Shown in pieces: positions 9,052-18,976 of a stretch of DNA of 51,795 nt (the stretch's first letter is position 1; each line of letters opens with the position of its first letter). Source of the stretch: Gammaproteobacteria bacterium (lineage in GTDB: Bacteria > Pseudomonadota > Gammaproteobacteria > Arenicellales > UBA868); contig RGTL01000001.1 in the NCBI GenBank assembly GCA_010025385.1, positions 1-51,795 on the forward strand, in the 5' to 3' direction. The notes beneath the pieces were generated by a model. It saw only the letters and a program-made list of their open reading frames with translations. It searched no databases and had not been told where the DNA came from. The translations under genes and the position numbers were made by a program.

Positions 9052-9951
9052 TTAAACGGTATTCTGTGCGTGGGTCGCGAGAGCGGGAACCGACCATTTG
9101 TCTCTTGCGTCCACCCAGAACTCCGCGGGGGATGACAGATCCCTGTCTAAAGCAGGTTGTCCCAGAAACCGCCAGGCGGACTGTAGTGCAGAAAGTGGCT
9201 CCCGGGCGTTCAATGCACTGGCGTTGTCGCTCTTACTGATTTTTTTGCCGTTTGCGTCCTTGGCAAGCGGCACATGCAAGTACACGGGCGTCTCGTAATC
9301 AAGCAATTCGCACAAGTAGATCTGCCTTGGTGTGGACAGGAGAAGATCTGCGCCGCGCACAACGTGAGTGATGCGATCCAGAGCGTCGTCCACTACAACG
9401 GCCAATTGATAGGCGGTCAGGTTGTCCGCCCGGCGAATAACAAAGTCGCCCACCTCGTGTTCGATGTTCTGCTGTTGCCTGCCAAAGGCCCGATCTGTGA
9501 AGGAGATTAATGCGGAATCGGTTCGTAGGCGAATGGCACGCTGACCATCGCCCAGTCCATTCCATAGTCGGCAGGTGCCGGGATAAATCGGACCCTCGCG
9601 ACCCGGTTCGCTGATCAGTTCGATATCACGTCGCGAGCATCGACACGGGTAAGCGAGCTGTTGATCGAGCAAGGCCAGGCTTGCCTCTTCGTAGGCTGCC
9701 AAGCGTTGGGATTGCCAGCGAATGGCCCCCGCCCATTCAAAGCCGAGCCCTGCCAGCGAGTGAACGATTCGGTCGGCAGACCCTGGAGCGACTCGAGGGG
9801 TATCGATATCGTCGATTCTAAGGATCCACTGTCCGTTTTCATGCAAGGCATCCGCGAAGCTGGCTACGGCGGTTACGAGCGAGCCGAAATGCAAATCTCC
9901 CGAAGGTGATGGGGCAAATCGTCCTACATAGTCAGTGGATGTAATGCTCAA
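9052..9951 (-). CDS. gluQ: glutamyl-Q tRNA(Asp) synthetase
   Basis: GRFAPSPSGDLHFGS, LRIDDID, CRCSR..YPGTC zinc site, YQLAVVVDD, RGADL, KISKS; no anticodon-binding domain. Confidence 0.93.
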   Translation of the reverse strand: MSITSTDYVGRFAPSPSGDLHFGSLVTAVASFADALHENGQWILRIDDIDTPRVAPGSADRIVHSLAGLGFEWAGAIRWQSQRLAAYEEASLALLDQQLAYPCRCSRRDIELISEPGREGPIYPGTCRLWNGLGDGQRAIRLRTDSALISFTDRAFGRQQQNIEHEVGDFVIRRADNLTAYQLAVVVDDALDRITHVVRGADLLLSTPRQIYLCELLDYETPVYLHVPLAKDANGKKISKSDNASALNAREPLSALQSAWRFLGQPALDRDLSSPAEFWVDARDKWSVPALATHAQNTV

Positions 9952-10156
9952 TGTCTCACCTCAAGATAGGCCTTTTCAGGGCCAGGCAGATTCTTGCCGC
10001 GCAACCTATTCTAGGGGCGTGCGCTCGGACTATGGGACGATCCGGAGTGTGCTTCTCGCGATCACGCGGGACAGACTTACGCTTGATATATTGTCCCTTC
10101 AACCTCTTTTGTTTTTTGCTCGCTGAAATGGAAAAGCGGGGTGGAGAGCCTGAACC

Positions 10157-10609
10157 ATGATTAACTCGAGTCGATGGGCGTCTTTCTTTTTCTGTTGGAC
10201 ACTTCTGGCGGTGTGTTTCGCAACGCTGGCGCGCGCCGAAACAGAAATCGAAGTCTGGAAATCACCTACGTGTGGTTGCTGTTCCGCCTGGGTGGATTAC
10301 ATGCAAGAAAATGGGTTCAAGGTCATTGCGTACAACACCGATGACATGGTCTCAGTTAAGTTACAGCTTGGTTTGACCGATCGCTCGCTGTATTCATGCC
10401 ATACCGCGCTTGTGGACGGCTATGTGATCGAAGGGCATGTACCCGTTCATGACGTTCGCCGATTGCTAGTGGAGCGCCCCGATATCGTCGGCTTGACGGC
10501 CCCCGGGATGCCGCAACTTTCACCCGGGATGGGCAGTATTGAACCCAAGGGCTATGACGTCCTGAGCGTTAGCGCAGATCAGCAGGTCTCGATTTTTTCG
10601 CGTTACTGA
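10157..10609 (+). CDS. DUF411 (CopG-like) exported metal-binding protein
   Basis: Signal peptide, KSPTCGCC, SCHTA, EGHVP, PGMP..SPGM. Confidence 0.88.
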   Translation: MINSSRWASFFFCWTLLAVCFATLARAETEIEVWKSPTCGCCSAWVDYMQENGFKVIAYNTDDMVSVKLQLGLTDRSLYSCHTALVDGYVIEGHVPVHDVRRLLVERPDIVGLTAPGMPQLSPGMGSIEPKGYDVLSVSADQQVSIFSRY

Positions 10610-10642
10610 CCACGCACACTCGTCTTCAATATCAAGGGCCAT

Positions 10643-11215
10643 TTAATCGGTCGCCCACCAGCCAGCGGTTAGACTTGTTTGACGCAGCGGCGTGTCAACT
10701 CGCTTGGGCGCGTTTCTCAGATAACGTTGAGCCTCGCGACGGGCCGGCACGTCGAGAGAGAGCAAGTGTTGCCGCGCCGCCGGTAGACTGAATACAGAGC
10801 CGGTGGTTCGAAGGAAATTGCTTTCCCCATCGGTCCAAATAACGGCGTCGTAGGTAGTGGATTCGATCCAATTCTCAAAAAGGCCTGCGGTGTGGATACC
10901 GACGGCCCGACGCTCTCCATTGGAGCGATCGAAAAATCCTATGGTGTCTTCGGCGGTACGCTCTCGGCGAGCCAACTCATGAATCGCGGCTTGAAGATCA
11001 GTATGGGTGCTTTCAATCACACAGGTGGGGCAGGGTGTACCGTGATCCTCATCAATAACGAGCGCCAGAGCGCCCAGGCGTTTTTTTGAGACCAGCGAAA
11101 ACTCAATTGGAACCAAGGGGCCTGCGTACATTTTCCAGCCCCCGCGCACGCTAGTCGCTAGACTTTCCAAGTCCCAAATTAGGGAACCGAAGCCAATGAT
11201 GGCAATATTGCTCAT
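10643..11215 (-). CDS. hypothetical protein, possibly gamma-glutamylcyclotransferase/ChaC-like fold
   Basis: N-terminal IAIIGFGSLIWD resembles the GGCT/ChaC xYGSL motif; LARRE; start ATG 11215. Confidence 0.55.
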   Translation of the reverse strand: MSNIAIIGFGSLIWDLESLATSVRGGWKMYAGPLVPIEFSLVSKKRLGALALVIDEDHGTPCPTCVIESTHTDLQAAIHELARRERTAEDTIGFFDRSNGERRAVGIHTAGLFENWIESTTYDAVIWTDGESNFLRTTGSVFSLPAARQHLLSLDVPARREAQRYLRNAPKRVDTPLRQTSLTAGWWATD

Positions 11216-11323
11216 GTATTTTGGGCACGTCCCTGAGCGGCACACAGGCTCAACGCTTCACGGAAGATTGACGAGCTTTTCCGGATACTGGAAGCGGTAG
11301 ACACTCTTAAAAAAGGCAAACGT

Positions 11324-12001
11324 TTGATGCGTAATCGATTCTCGATTGAGGCGAATGAGGCGAGCACCCTCCCTGATATTTTACCGGTCTTTCCACTCAC
11401 CGGCGCCGTCATATTGCCTAACGGGCAACTCCCGTTGAACATATTTGAGACACGGTATCTCGATATGGTCTTGGACAGTCTTTCCCACTCCCGGCTTATC
11501 GGCATGGTGCAGCCGAAGCCCTCAGCGAGTGAGGATGAATTTGATTTGCATCAAACGGGCTGTGCCGGCCGTATCGTCAGTTTCAGTGAGACCCGAGACG
11601 ATCGGCTACTGATCATATTGGCGGGCGTGTGTCGTTTTGATATCGAGACGGAGATTGATCTCGCACCCGGTGGATACCGGCGAATGAAAGTATCCTGGAC
11701 GCGCTTTTTGCACGACCTTGACGATCTGGATCAGGAATCGCCCCAACTGGACCCTTCGACCTTATTAGCATCGGCCAAACGCTATACCGATCATCGGCAA
11801 CTCGCGGTCGATTGGAAGGCGCTTGATCACCTTCAACCGTCGGAATTAATCGATACCCTGGCGAGCAGCTTGCCGTTCTCGCCAGAGGAGAAGCAGGGCC
11901 TGGTGGAAGCCGTGGTCATGAACGATCGCCTCCAGCTGCTCACCGCGCTATGTGAATTCGGTGCGGTGTCAACAGACAGCAGCTCCCCTATCGCCCATTA
12001 G
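11324..12001 (+). CDS. Lon protease N-terminal substrate-binding domain protein (stand-alone)
   Basis: LPVFPL..VILP...LPLNIFETRYLDMV, IGMVQP, GCAGRI, EKQGLVE; no AAA or protease domain. Confidence 0.88.
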   Translation: MMRNRFSIEANEASTLPDILPVFPLTGAVILPNGQLPLNIFETRYLDMVLDSLSHSRLIGMVQPKPSASEDEFDLHQTGCAGRIVSFSETRDDRLLIILAGVCRFDIETEIDLAPGGYRRMKVSWTRFLHDLDDLDQESPQLDPSTLLASAKRYTDHRQLAVDWKALDHLQPSELIDTLASSLPFSPEEKQGLVEAVVMNDRLQLLTALCEFGAVSTDSSSPIAH

Positions 12002-12013
12002 GCGCGCAGACGC

Positions 12014-12364
12014 TTAGGGATTTTTGTTGGGAACAAAGACCTGCACGCGTTGGTCTTTCAGACGAGCAGGAAAACATTCCAGATCGATTTCTGCAGGGTC
12101 GTCCAGCGGCCGTCCGGTGCGAAGACAGAAGCGACTGCCGTGAAGAGGGCATTTGACTTTATCGCCTTTTAGAGAGCCGGTAGCGAGCGACGCATCCTCA
12201 TGTGTGCAGGTATCGGCAACCGCCAACGGTTCACCTTCTACGTTGGCGATCAGAATCTTGATTCGGCCGATATCCAACGTTCTCATCTGGCCCGGTGAAA
12301 AATCATCGAATCGTCCGGCGTCGATCCAGCGGCCGTCCTGGTCTGCGTCCCGGTCAAAGCCCAT
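12014..12364 (-). CDS. Rieske-type [2Fe-2S] ferredoxin (HcaC/NirD-like)
   Basis: CTH...CPLHGSRF Rieske motifs; probable start ATG 12364, overlapping the end of cysG. Confidence 0.88.
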   Translation of the reverse strand: MGFDRDADQDGRWIDAGRFDDFSPGQMRTLDIGRIKILIANVEGEPLAVADTCTHEDASLATGSLKGDKVKCPLHGSRFCLRTGRPLDDPAEIDLECFPARLKDQRVQVFVPNKNP

Positions 12365-13802
12365 CGTTGCCTCCTCTTCCCGGTTCATGGATCGCAGCAT
12401 TCTGGGCTAGCGGGCTTTCCGGAATGAACCAGGCTAATTTGTCGTGCAGTTTAACGACGTTGCCCACAATTAGAAGGGTGGGCGCCTGCACCTGATTTTT
12501 TGCGACCTCGTCCACCAGTGTTTCGAGGGTTGCCGCGATGACTTTTTGATTGAGCGTAGTACCCTGCTGAATCAGCGCAGCGGGCGTGGTGCCATCCAAT
12601 CCATGGCGCACCATTTCTCTGCAGATAGACTCAAGCCCGGTCAAGCCCATGTATACGACCACCGTTTGGCCCGGCTGGCATAGCGCCTGCCAATTAAGGT
12701 CGACGGAGCCGTCTTTGAGGTGGCCTGTCACAAACAAGCACGATTGCGCATGATCTCTGTGCGTGAGTGGAATACCGGCGTACGAGGCGCAGCCGGCGGC
12801 TGCGGTGATGCCGGGGATGACTTGAAAGGGGATGCCCTGATTCACCAGATCCTCAATCTCTTCCCCGCCTCGTCCAAAGATGAAGGGATCTCCCCCTTTC
12901 AGTCTCAGTACGCGCTTGCCCTGTTGAGCCAATTCAAGCAGGAGTTGATTAATCTCACCTTGAGGCACAACATGGTTGGATTTTTCTTTACCGACATAAA
13001 TGCGCTCGGCATCGCGCCTCACAAGATCAACAATGGCCGGGGCGACCAGGCGATCATAGAGGACCACGTCCGCACGTTGCATTAATCGGAGTGCCCGAAA
13101 AGTGAGCAGATCGGGATCGCCGGGCCCGGCACCCACCAGATATACCTCGCCCCGTTCGTAGGTGGCGTCATCTGCATGCTCGATCATGTGACGCAGCTCC
13201 TTTTGCGCCTGACCATCTTTGCCGGCAAAGACCAGTTCGGCTACCCGGCCCTGAAAGACCTCTTCCCAGAACGTGCGCCGTGCGGTTACGGTGGACAGCG
13301 CCTGTTTCACTTGATCTCGGAAATCTTTCGCAATGGCCGCTAATCGGCCGTAGGCAGAGGGGATAAGCGTCTCAAGACGAGCCTTGAGCATCCGGGCAAG
13401 TACTGGCGACGCGCCGCCGGTACCGATTGCAATGATCACGGGCGTGCGATCGACGATAGAGGGCACCGTGAAAGTACAAAGATCAGGTTGATCCACTACG
13501 TTAACAGGGATGCCTTTCTCACCCGCGGCTTCAAAAACCGCCCGATTCACGCTACGGTCATCGGTTGCCGCAATGACGATGCGGGCGTTGGCCAGCGCTT
13601 TGGGATGAAAAGGTTCAGCGATCCAATGGATAAGCTGGCGATCATGCAGACGCATGACTGCCTCGCAAAGCGTTGGAGAGATCACTGTCACTGAGGCGCC
13701 GGCCCGCAGCAGAAGGTCAATCTTCCGCTCGGCCACGTCGCCGCCGCCGACCACTAGGGTTGGCGTTTCTCTCAGTTTAAGAAATACGGGTAACGCATCC
13801 AT
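12354..13802 (-). CDS. cysG: siroheme synthase (fused CysG-B/CysG-A)
   Basis: VVGGGDVAERK, NVVDQP, VYLVGAGPGDPDLLT, RLKGGDPFIFGRGGEE, GIPLTHRD. Confidence 0.96.
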   Translation of the reverse strand: MDALPVFLKLRETPTLVVGGGDVAERKIDLLLRAGASVTVISPTLCEAVMRLHDRQLIHWIAEPFHPKALANARIVIAATDDRSVNRAVFEAAGEKGIPVNVVDQPDLCTFTVPSIVDRTPVIIAIGTGGASPVLARMLKARLETLIPSAYGRLAAIAKDFRDQVKQALSTVTARRTFWEEVFQGRVAELVFAGKDGQAQKELRHMIEHADDATYERGEVYLVGAGPGDPDLLTFRALRLMQRADVVLYDRLVAPAIVDLVRRDAERIYVGKEKSNHVVPQGEINQLLLELAQQGKRVLRLKGGDPFIFGRGGEEIEDLVNQGIPFQVIPGITAAAGCASYAGIPLTHRDHAQSCLFVTGHLKDGSVDLNWQALCQPGQTVVVYMGLTGLESICREMVRHGLDGTTPAALIQQGTTLNQKVIAATLETLVDEVAKNQVQAPTLLIVGNVVKLHDKLAWFIPESPLAQNAAIHEPGRGGNDGL

Positions 13803-13959
13803 CCGCTAAGTGTAGTACGCCAAGGAAGAAAATGGTCCTTCGTCAACACACCGATAGGGCTTGGTCGGCGGGGAAGAAATCCCCAAGGGTGAGTGAAAGC
13901 CGGTGTCGGTATATCTGAGATACACTTTTTGGATAAGCATTTTTCGATGAGCACACCGT

Positions 13960-15006
13960 ATGCGTCCGATCCATCTGCTTCGTATTCTCAAGACCGAGAT
14001 TGAGAGCCTGAACGCGGGAAACCACACCCCCGTGATGTTATGGGGTCCTCCTGGGGTAGGGAAATCTCAACTGGTGGCTCAGGTCGCCCGGGAAGGGGCG
14101 TTACCGCTGATTGATATTCGCCTCTCTCAGCTGGAACCGAGTGACCTTAGGGGTATTCCGTTTCGAATCGATGACCGTGTCGAGTGGGCGACGCCCGCTA
14201 TGTTGCCGGATGAATCTAAGCATGGACGACAGGGGGTGTTATTTCTCGATGAGATCACTTCGGCAGCGCCAAGTGTATCGGCCGCGGCTTATCAACTGAT
14301 TCTGGATAGACGTCTTGGAGAGTATGTAGTGCCTGCGGGGTGGGCCATCGTCGCCGCAGGCAATCGTCAGGGCGATCGCGGAGTCACCTACTCTATGCCG
14401 GCGCCTCTTGCCAATCGGTTCAGTCATTTTGAAGTCGATGCCCATCTCGACGATTGGGTGCTGTGGGCCTATCGTGAGGGCATCGATCATTGCGTCATCG
14501 GCTTTTTGCGGTTTCGGCCAGAGTTGTTGTTTGACTTTGACCCGACGCTTAATCCCATCGCGTTCCCGTCCCCTCGCTCATGGGAGTTTGCGCACCGCGC
14601 TTTGCAAAAATTCTCGAATCAACCGGAGATGCTGAGTGGGGCACTCCAGGCCTGTGTTGGCCCAGCTGCAGGCGTAGAGCTTCATGCCTTTGCCAGGCAT
14701 CTTGATCAACTGCCTGATATCGACGCAATTCTCGAGGGTCATCAGGCAGCTGTCCCGGAGGATCTCGATCTGCAATATGCCGTCGCGGCTGCGCTAGTCG
14801 GTCGGGCCAGCAAGATGGCCGAACAGCCCGATGCGGTGAGTCGCTACTCCCATATTCTCCGGTATGCAGGTCTTTTTCCGCAGAAGGAAATGGGAGTGAT
14901 GCTGGTGGCTGATCTACACCGGGCGGTGGGTAGTGACATGTTTGCCGCCGAGGGTTTTCCGGAGTGGGCCCATCATGTCGCTGATGTCCTGCTGGCCCCG
15001 GATTGA
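13960..15006 (+). CDS. MoxR/dynein-related AAA+ ATPase
   Basis: Walker A GPPGVGKS, Walker B LFLDE, YQLILDR, AAGNR, LANRF, PSPRSW. Confidence 0.9.
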   Translation: MRPIHLLRILKTEIESLNAGNHTPVMLWGPPGVGKSQLVAQVAREGALPLIDIRLSQLEPSDLRGIPFRIDDRVEWATPAMLPDESKHGRQGVLFLDEITSAAPSVSAAAYQLILDRRLGEYVVPAGWAIVAAGNRQGDRGVTYSMPAPLANRFSHFEVDAHLDDWVLWAYREGIDHCVIGFLRFRPELLFDFDPTLNPIAFPSPRSWEFAHRALQKFSNQPEMLSGALQACVGPAAGVELHAFARHLDQLPDIDAILEGHQAAVPEDLDLQYAVAAALVGRASKMAEQPDAVSRYSHILRYAGLFPQKEMGVMLVADLHRAVGSDMFAAEGFPEWAHHVADVLLAPD

Positions 15007-15026
15007 AGGCATGAGGGACACTCCTC

Positions 15027-16208
15027 TTGGATGATGATGCGCTCGCCACTCGCGTGAGTGCGGCCCGGGCCCGACTGATTCTGGATCGGCCGTTTCTCGG
15101 CGCGTTGGTGTTGCGTCTCCCGTTTGAGTTTTCTCAGGCCGATTGGTGCTTGACCACCGCGACCGATGCGCGAAAGATTTATCTCAACAGAACGTATCTC
15201 TCGAAACTCAGTCTGCCCCAGATCGAGTTTGCCCTGGCACACGAGGCGCTTCATTGCGGATTAACCCACTTTGCCCGACGCCAACATCGTGATCAGAGGC
15301 GTTGGGACGTTGCCTGTGATTTCGCGGTTAACGCCCTGTTGATCGCAGACGGTTTAACACCGGTGCCAGACGCCTTGCACTTGGAGGCATTTCTCAGTCT
15401 TAGTGCTGAGGAGATTTATCCAATGGTCGATGAGCATCCCGATCAGAAGACCCACGATCAGCATTTGTATGATGACGGCGCTGATTACCCCCACTCGGAT
15501 CGACCAGGGGACAGTGAGGATTTAAACGGCAGCGCGCAGCACCCAACTCAGGATGCCCCACCCGCTTTGCGGGCCGACGAACGTGCCCGACTGGGACAGC
15601 AATGGCAGGAACGCCTGGCCGGCGCGGCTCAGCAAGCCATGCAGGCGGGGAGATTAAGCGCTGCCATGGCGCGGATGCTCGAGCAGTTTTTAGCGCCCAG
15701 CGTTCCCTGGCGGAATCTGCTGGCTCGTTTTTTAACCCTACGAGCTCGAACCGACTTCGATTACTCGAGGCCCAGCCGTCGTGAAGGAGACGCCTTATTG
15801 CCCGCGCTTCGCAGCGCCCAAATCAATGTGGCTGTAGCTATCGACACCAGTGGCTCCATCTCAACAACTGAGATATCGGAGTTTGTTAGCGAAATCGATG
15901 CGCTCAAGGGGCAGGTAAGCGCTCGCATCAGTTTGCTGGCCTGTGACTGCGAGCTATCGGCTGATTCACCCCGCGTGTTTGATCCCTGGGAAGCGCTAGC
16001 GCTGCCACCGTCACTGGGTGGGGGCGGCGGTACGGATTTTCGTCCGGTGTTCGATTGGGTAGACGGGCAGGATGTAGCGCCCGATCTTCTCATTTACTTC
16101 ACAGATGGACAGGGTCGATTTCCCAGCCGCAGTCCCGCCTATCCGGTCGTATGGTTAATCAAAGGGTCCGGGCAACCGCCCTGGGGTGAGCGCGTGCAAC
16201 TCAATTAG
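15027..16208 (+). CDS. DUF2201-type protein: HEXXH putative metallopeptidase domain plus C-terminal VWA domain
   Basis: AHEALHC, WDVACDFAVN, MIDAS-like IDTSGS, GGGGTDF, YFTDG; directly follows the AAA ATPase. Confidence 0.85.
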   Translation: MDDDALATRVSAARARLILDRPFLGALVLRLPFEFSQADWCLTTATDARKIYLNRTYLSKLSLPQIEFALAHEALHCGLTHFARRQHRDQRRWDVACDFAVNALLIADGLTPVPDALHLEAFLSLSAEEIYPMVDEHPDQKTHDQHLYDDGADYPHSDRPGDSEDLNGSAQHPTQDAPPALRADERARLGQQWQERLAGAAQQAMQAGRLSAAMARMLEQFLAPSVPWRNLLARFLTLRARTDFDYSRPSRREGDALLPALRSAQINVAVAIDTSGSISTTEISEFVSEIDALKGQVSARISLLACDCELSADSPRVFDPWEALALPPSLGGGGGTDFRPVFDWVDGQDVAPDLLIYFTDGQGRFPSRSPAYPVVWLIKGSGQPPWGERVQLN

Positions 16209-16216
16209 CTAGCGAT

Positions 16217-16648
16217 TCAAAAACCCGCCTTCTTGTAGAGGGCCTTTGCGCGCTCTGCGTCTTTTTCTACCCCCCGACCCTGCTCGATGAGTTGGGCAAG
16301 GGCCACCATGGCACCCTCGAGTCCCTGCGCGGCTGCGGCCTCAAACCACTTGACTGCCCGCGAGTCGTCCTGCTCGACACAGTCCCCTTCCATGTACATG
16401 AAACCCAGACCGTGCAAGGCAGGTCCGTAGTCGCCTGAGGCCGCGCTTTTCATCCACTTGTAGGCCAGCAGTTCGTTGCGCACGACGCCAAGGCCGTTTT
16501 GATACATGATGGCGAGACGATACTGCGCTTCAGTGGACCCGGATTCGGCGATAGGGCTGAGAAGCTTCATGGCACGAGAGAAATGTTTGGCTTCAAACGC
16601 CGCCATGCCGCTGTTGAAATCCATAATGTCGTCGGGGGAATCGGTCAT
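16217..16648 (-). CDS. Sel1-repeat protein
   Basis: Three SLR repeats (AQYRLAIMYQNGLGV, ALHGLGFMYMEGDCV, AMVALAQLIEQGRGV); no signal peptide. Confidence 0.9.
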   Translation of the reverse strand: MTDSPDDIMDFNSGMAAFEAKHFSRAMKLLSPIAESGSTEAQYRLAIMYQNGLGVVRNELLAYKWMKSAASGDYGPALHGLGFMYMEGDCVEQDDSRAVKWFEAAAAQGLEGAMVALAQLIEQGRGVEKDAERAKALYKKAGF

Positions 16649-16765
16649 GCAATCGTCCTGGCGTGTTGTGTTCGTGCGCTTGGTCTAAAAGGGATATGGA
16701 GGCAATTAAGTTACCGGCATAAACTACCGATCTACTAAAGCCCTACCTTTTGATGTGATTTTCTC

Positions 16766-17863
16766 ATGAGTATGCGTCAGTACATCCAGCGAATTGCCAC
16801 TGGCCCGGAGCTCAGCAAGGACCTCTCTCGCGAAGAGGCGAAAGAAGCGGCTCAGCAGATTCTCTCCGGAGCGGCAGATCCTGTGCAGGCGGCAATTTTT
16901 CTGATCGCGCTGCGCATGAAGCGCGAGACGATGGACGAAAATCGCGGGGTGCTGGACGCGCTTTTGGATGACACCAATCGGGTGACGGCCCGGGTGCCGC
17001 GGGTTCTCGATCTCGCAGATCCCTACGATGGATTTACTCGGGGTATGCCGGCCGCTGCTTTTCTGCCTCCGGTCCTTGCGGCCTGCGGGGTTCCGACGGT
17101 TAGCAATGGGGCTGAGGCGATCGGTCCCAAATACGGGGCAACCCATCGAAAGGTCCTTCGTGCAGCGGGCGTGCCCGTTGACTTCAAGCCGGAAGAGGCT
17201 GCACGACGGCTGGAAGATCCGTTAATCGGGTGGGCCTACGTGGATCAGCGGTTTGCTTGCCCAGCGCTTCATGCCCTGGTTGATCTTCGCACCCGAATTG
17301 TAAAGCGACCATGCTTGACTACATTGGAAGTGCTGTTGGGGCCGGTGCGCGGCGCTGAGCAAACGCATTTGGTTACGGGCTATGTGCATAAACCCTATCC
17401 ACCCATTTACACCGCGCTTGCTCGACAGTCGGGCTACACCTCGGCTCAGATAGTGAGAGGAGTAGAAGGCGGGGTTATTCCATCTCTCAATCAGCCTTCG
17501 AAATTTTTTGCCTATCATGATGATCATGACGATAAGGAGACACGCCTTGATCCCATAGAGTTTGGGATCGTCTCATCGGTACGTGCGGTGCCGTTGCCGG
17601 AGAACCTTCCGAGCCAGGAGGCTCAGGACGATATTCAGGGGGTGATCGATTCGGACGGCCTTGCGGTCGCCACCGCCAGGGAAGGTGTTGAAGCGCTTGA
17701 GGGCGTTCACGGCCCTTTTCGCGAAAGTCTGGTTTATGGAGCGGCGATCTCTCTTTGCTATTTAGGCATTGAAAAAAATACTGAAGCGGCAGGAGCTCTC
17801 GTTCGCCGGGCCCTCGATAGCGGGGACGCTCGAGGGCGTTTTGAGGCGGCCAAGACGGCGTAG
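16766..17863 (+). CDS. anthranilate phosphoribosyltransferase-like protein (TrpD2/YbiB, GT family 3 fold)
   Basis: N-terminal helical domain (LSREEA..QAAIFLIALRMKRET), GYVHKPY, RGVEG; the GTGGD PRPP loop is replaced by DPYDG. Confidence 0.75.
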   Translation: MSMRQYIQRIATGPELSKDLSREEAKEAAQQILSGAADPVQAAIFLIALRMKRETMDENRGVLDALLDDTNRVTARVPRVLDLADPYDGFTRGMPAAAFLPPVLAACGVPTVSNGAEAIGPKYGATHRKVLRAAGVPVDFKPEEAARRLEDPLIGWAYVDQRFACPALHALVDLRTRIVKRPCLTTLEVLLGPVRGAEQTHLVTGYVHKPYPPIYTALARQSGYTSAQIVRGVEGGVIPSLNQPSKFFAYHDDHDDKETRLDPIEFGIVSSVRAVPLPENLPSQEAQDDIQGVIDSDGLAVATAREGVEALEGVHGPFRESLVYGAAISLCYLGIEKNTEAAGALVRRALDSGDARGRFEAAKTA

Positions 17864-18079
17864 GCTTCTTCTTTCAGCTTCTTGCATAGCCATTCGAGGC
17901 TATGCGGCAGGGATACACCGGAGGGTTAGCCCGCGTGATCCATTCTTTAAGGCGCAAGCGTGCGGTAAGAGTCTTTCTAATGCATCAGTTTTAACAAATT
18001 GATAAATTTTTTTACATAAGTGTGGGCTGATGTTATTGTCGACGCGCCAAAACCGTGTCGACGAGAGCTATTTCAGATC

Positions 18080-18976
18080 ATGCATATCACCATCCGTCAG
18101 TTACAGGTCTTCGATTCGGTTGCCCGAAACCTCAGTTACACACGCGCCGCTGAAGAGTTGCATCTTACCCAGCCTGCGGTCTCGATGCAGATCAAACAAC
18201 TGGAGGGATCCGTTGGGCTTCCTCTCTTTGAGCAGATAGGTAAGAAAATTTTTCTGACGCAAGCGGGCGAAGCGATGCTGGGCCATGCGCGAAACATTAT
18301 GCAGAATCTCTCGGCAGCTGCTGACGAGATGGATGATCTCAAGGGTGTCGACTCGGGTCGTCTGAAAGTCGCAATCGCATCCACCGTTAATTATTTTGCG
18401 ACTCAACTCCTGGCGGTATTTTCGCGGGAACATCCCACTGTTGAGATCTCGCTTGATGTAACCAATAGAGAGTTGTTGTTGAGTCGTTTAGAAGCGAATA
18501 TTCCCGATTTGGCGTTGATGGGAAAGCCGCCGGCTGACCTTGATCTGGTTGCCGAGCCGTTCATGGACAATCCGTTAATCATGGTGGCCCCTCCGGATCA
18601 TTCGCTTGCCCAAAAAAAGAATATCCATCTGGCAGATCTTCAAGATGAAGATTTCGTGGTGCGCGAGCCCGGCTCCGGTACCCGAGTGGCAATGGAGCGC
18701 TTCTTTTCCGAGCAGGATTTTGTTTATCGAAAGGGTATGGAGCTAATGGGTAACGAAGCGGTCAAGCAGGGTGTTGAGGCAGGACTGGGGCTTGCCATTG
18801 TGTCTGTGCATACGGTGGAACAGGAGCTGACGTTGCGTCGGTTGGTGAAATTAGATGTTCTGGGGCTTCCCATTATGAGGCGCTGGTACGTTGCTCATCG
18901 TCGTGGCAAGCGCCTCTCCGCCACGGCGCGGGCCTTTCGCGAGTTTGTGATGAAAGCCGGTTCCAACGCGAGGTAG
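18080..18976 (+). CDS. cbbR: LysR-family regulator, CbbR-like
   Basis: MHITIRQLQVF..SYTRAAEELHLTQPAVSMQIKQLE, ALMGKPP, REPGSGTR, NEAVKQGVEAGLG; start ATG 18080. The symbol denotes subfamily only. Confidence 0.75.
   Translation: MHITIRQLQVFDSVARNLSYTRAAEELHLTQPAVSMQIKQLEGSVGLPLFEQIGKKIFLTQAGEAMLGHARNIMQNLSAAADEMDDLKGVDSGRLKVAIASTVNYFATQLLAVFSREHPTVEISLDVTNRELLLSRLEANIPDLALMGKPPADLDLVAEPFMDNPLIMVAPPDHSLAQKKNIHLADLQDEDFVVREPGSGTRVAMERFFSEQDFVYRKGMELMGNEAVKQGVEAGLGLAIVSVHTVEQELTLRRLVKLDVLGLPIMRRWYVAHRRGKRLSATARAFREFVMKAGSNAR

Noticed and set aside
13960-16208. Calling the AAA/VWA pair CbbQ/CbbO because of the nearby cbbR-like gene
   Set aside because: The ATPase lacks the CbbQ-type GPTGCGK signature and is longer; the VWA partner is much shorter than CbbO and carries HEXXH; no Rubisco genes are adjacent.
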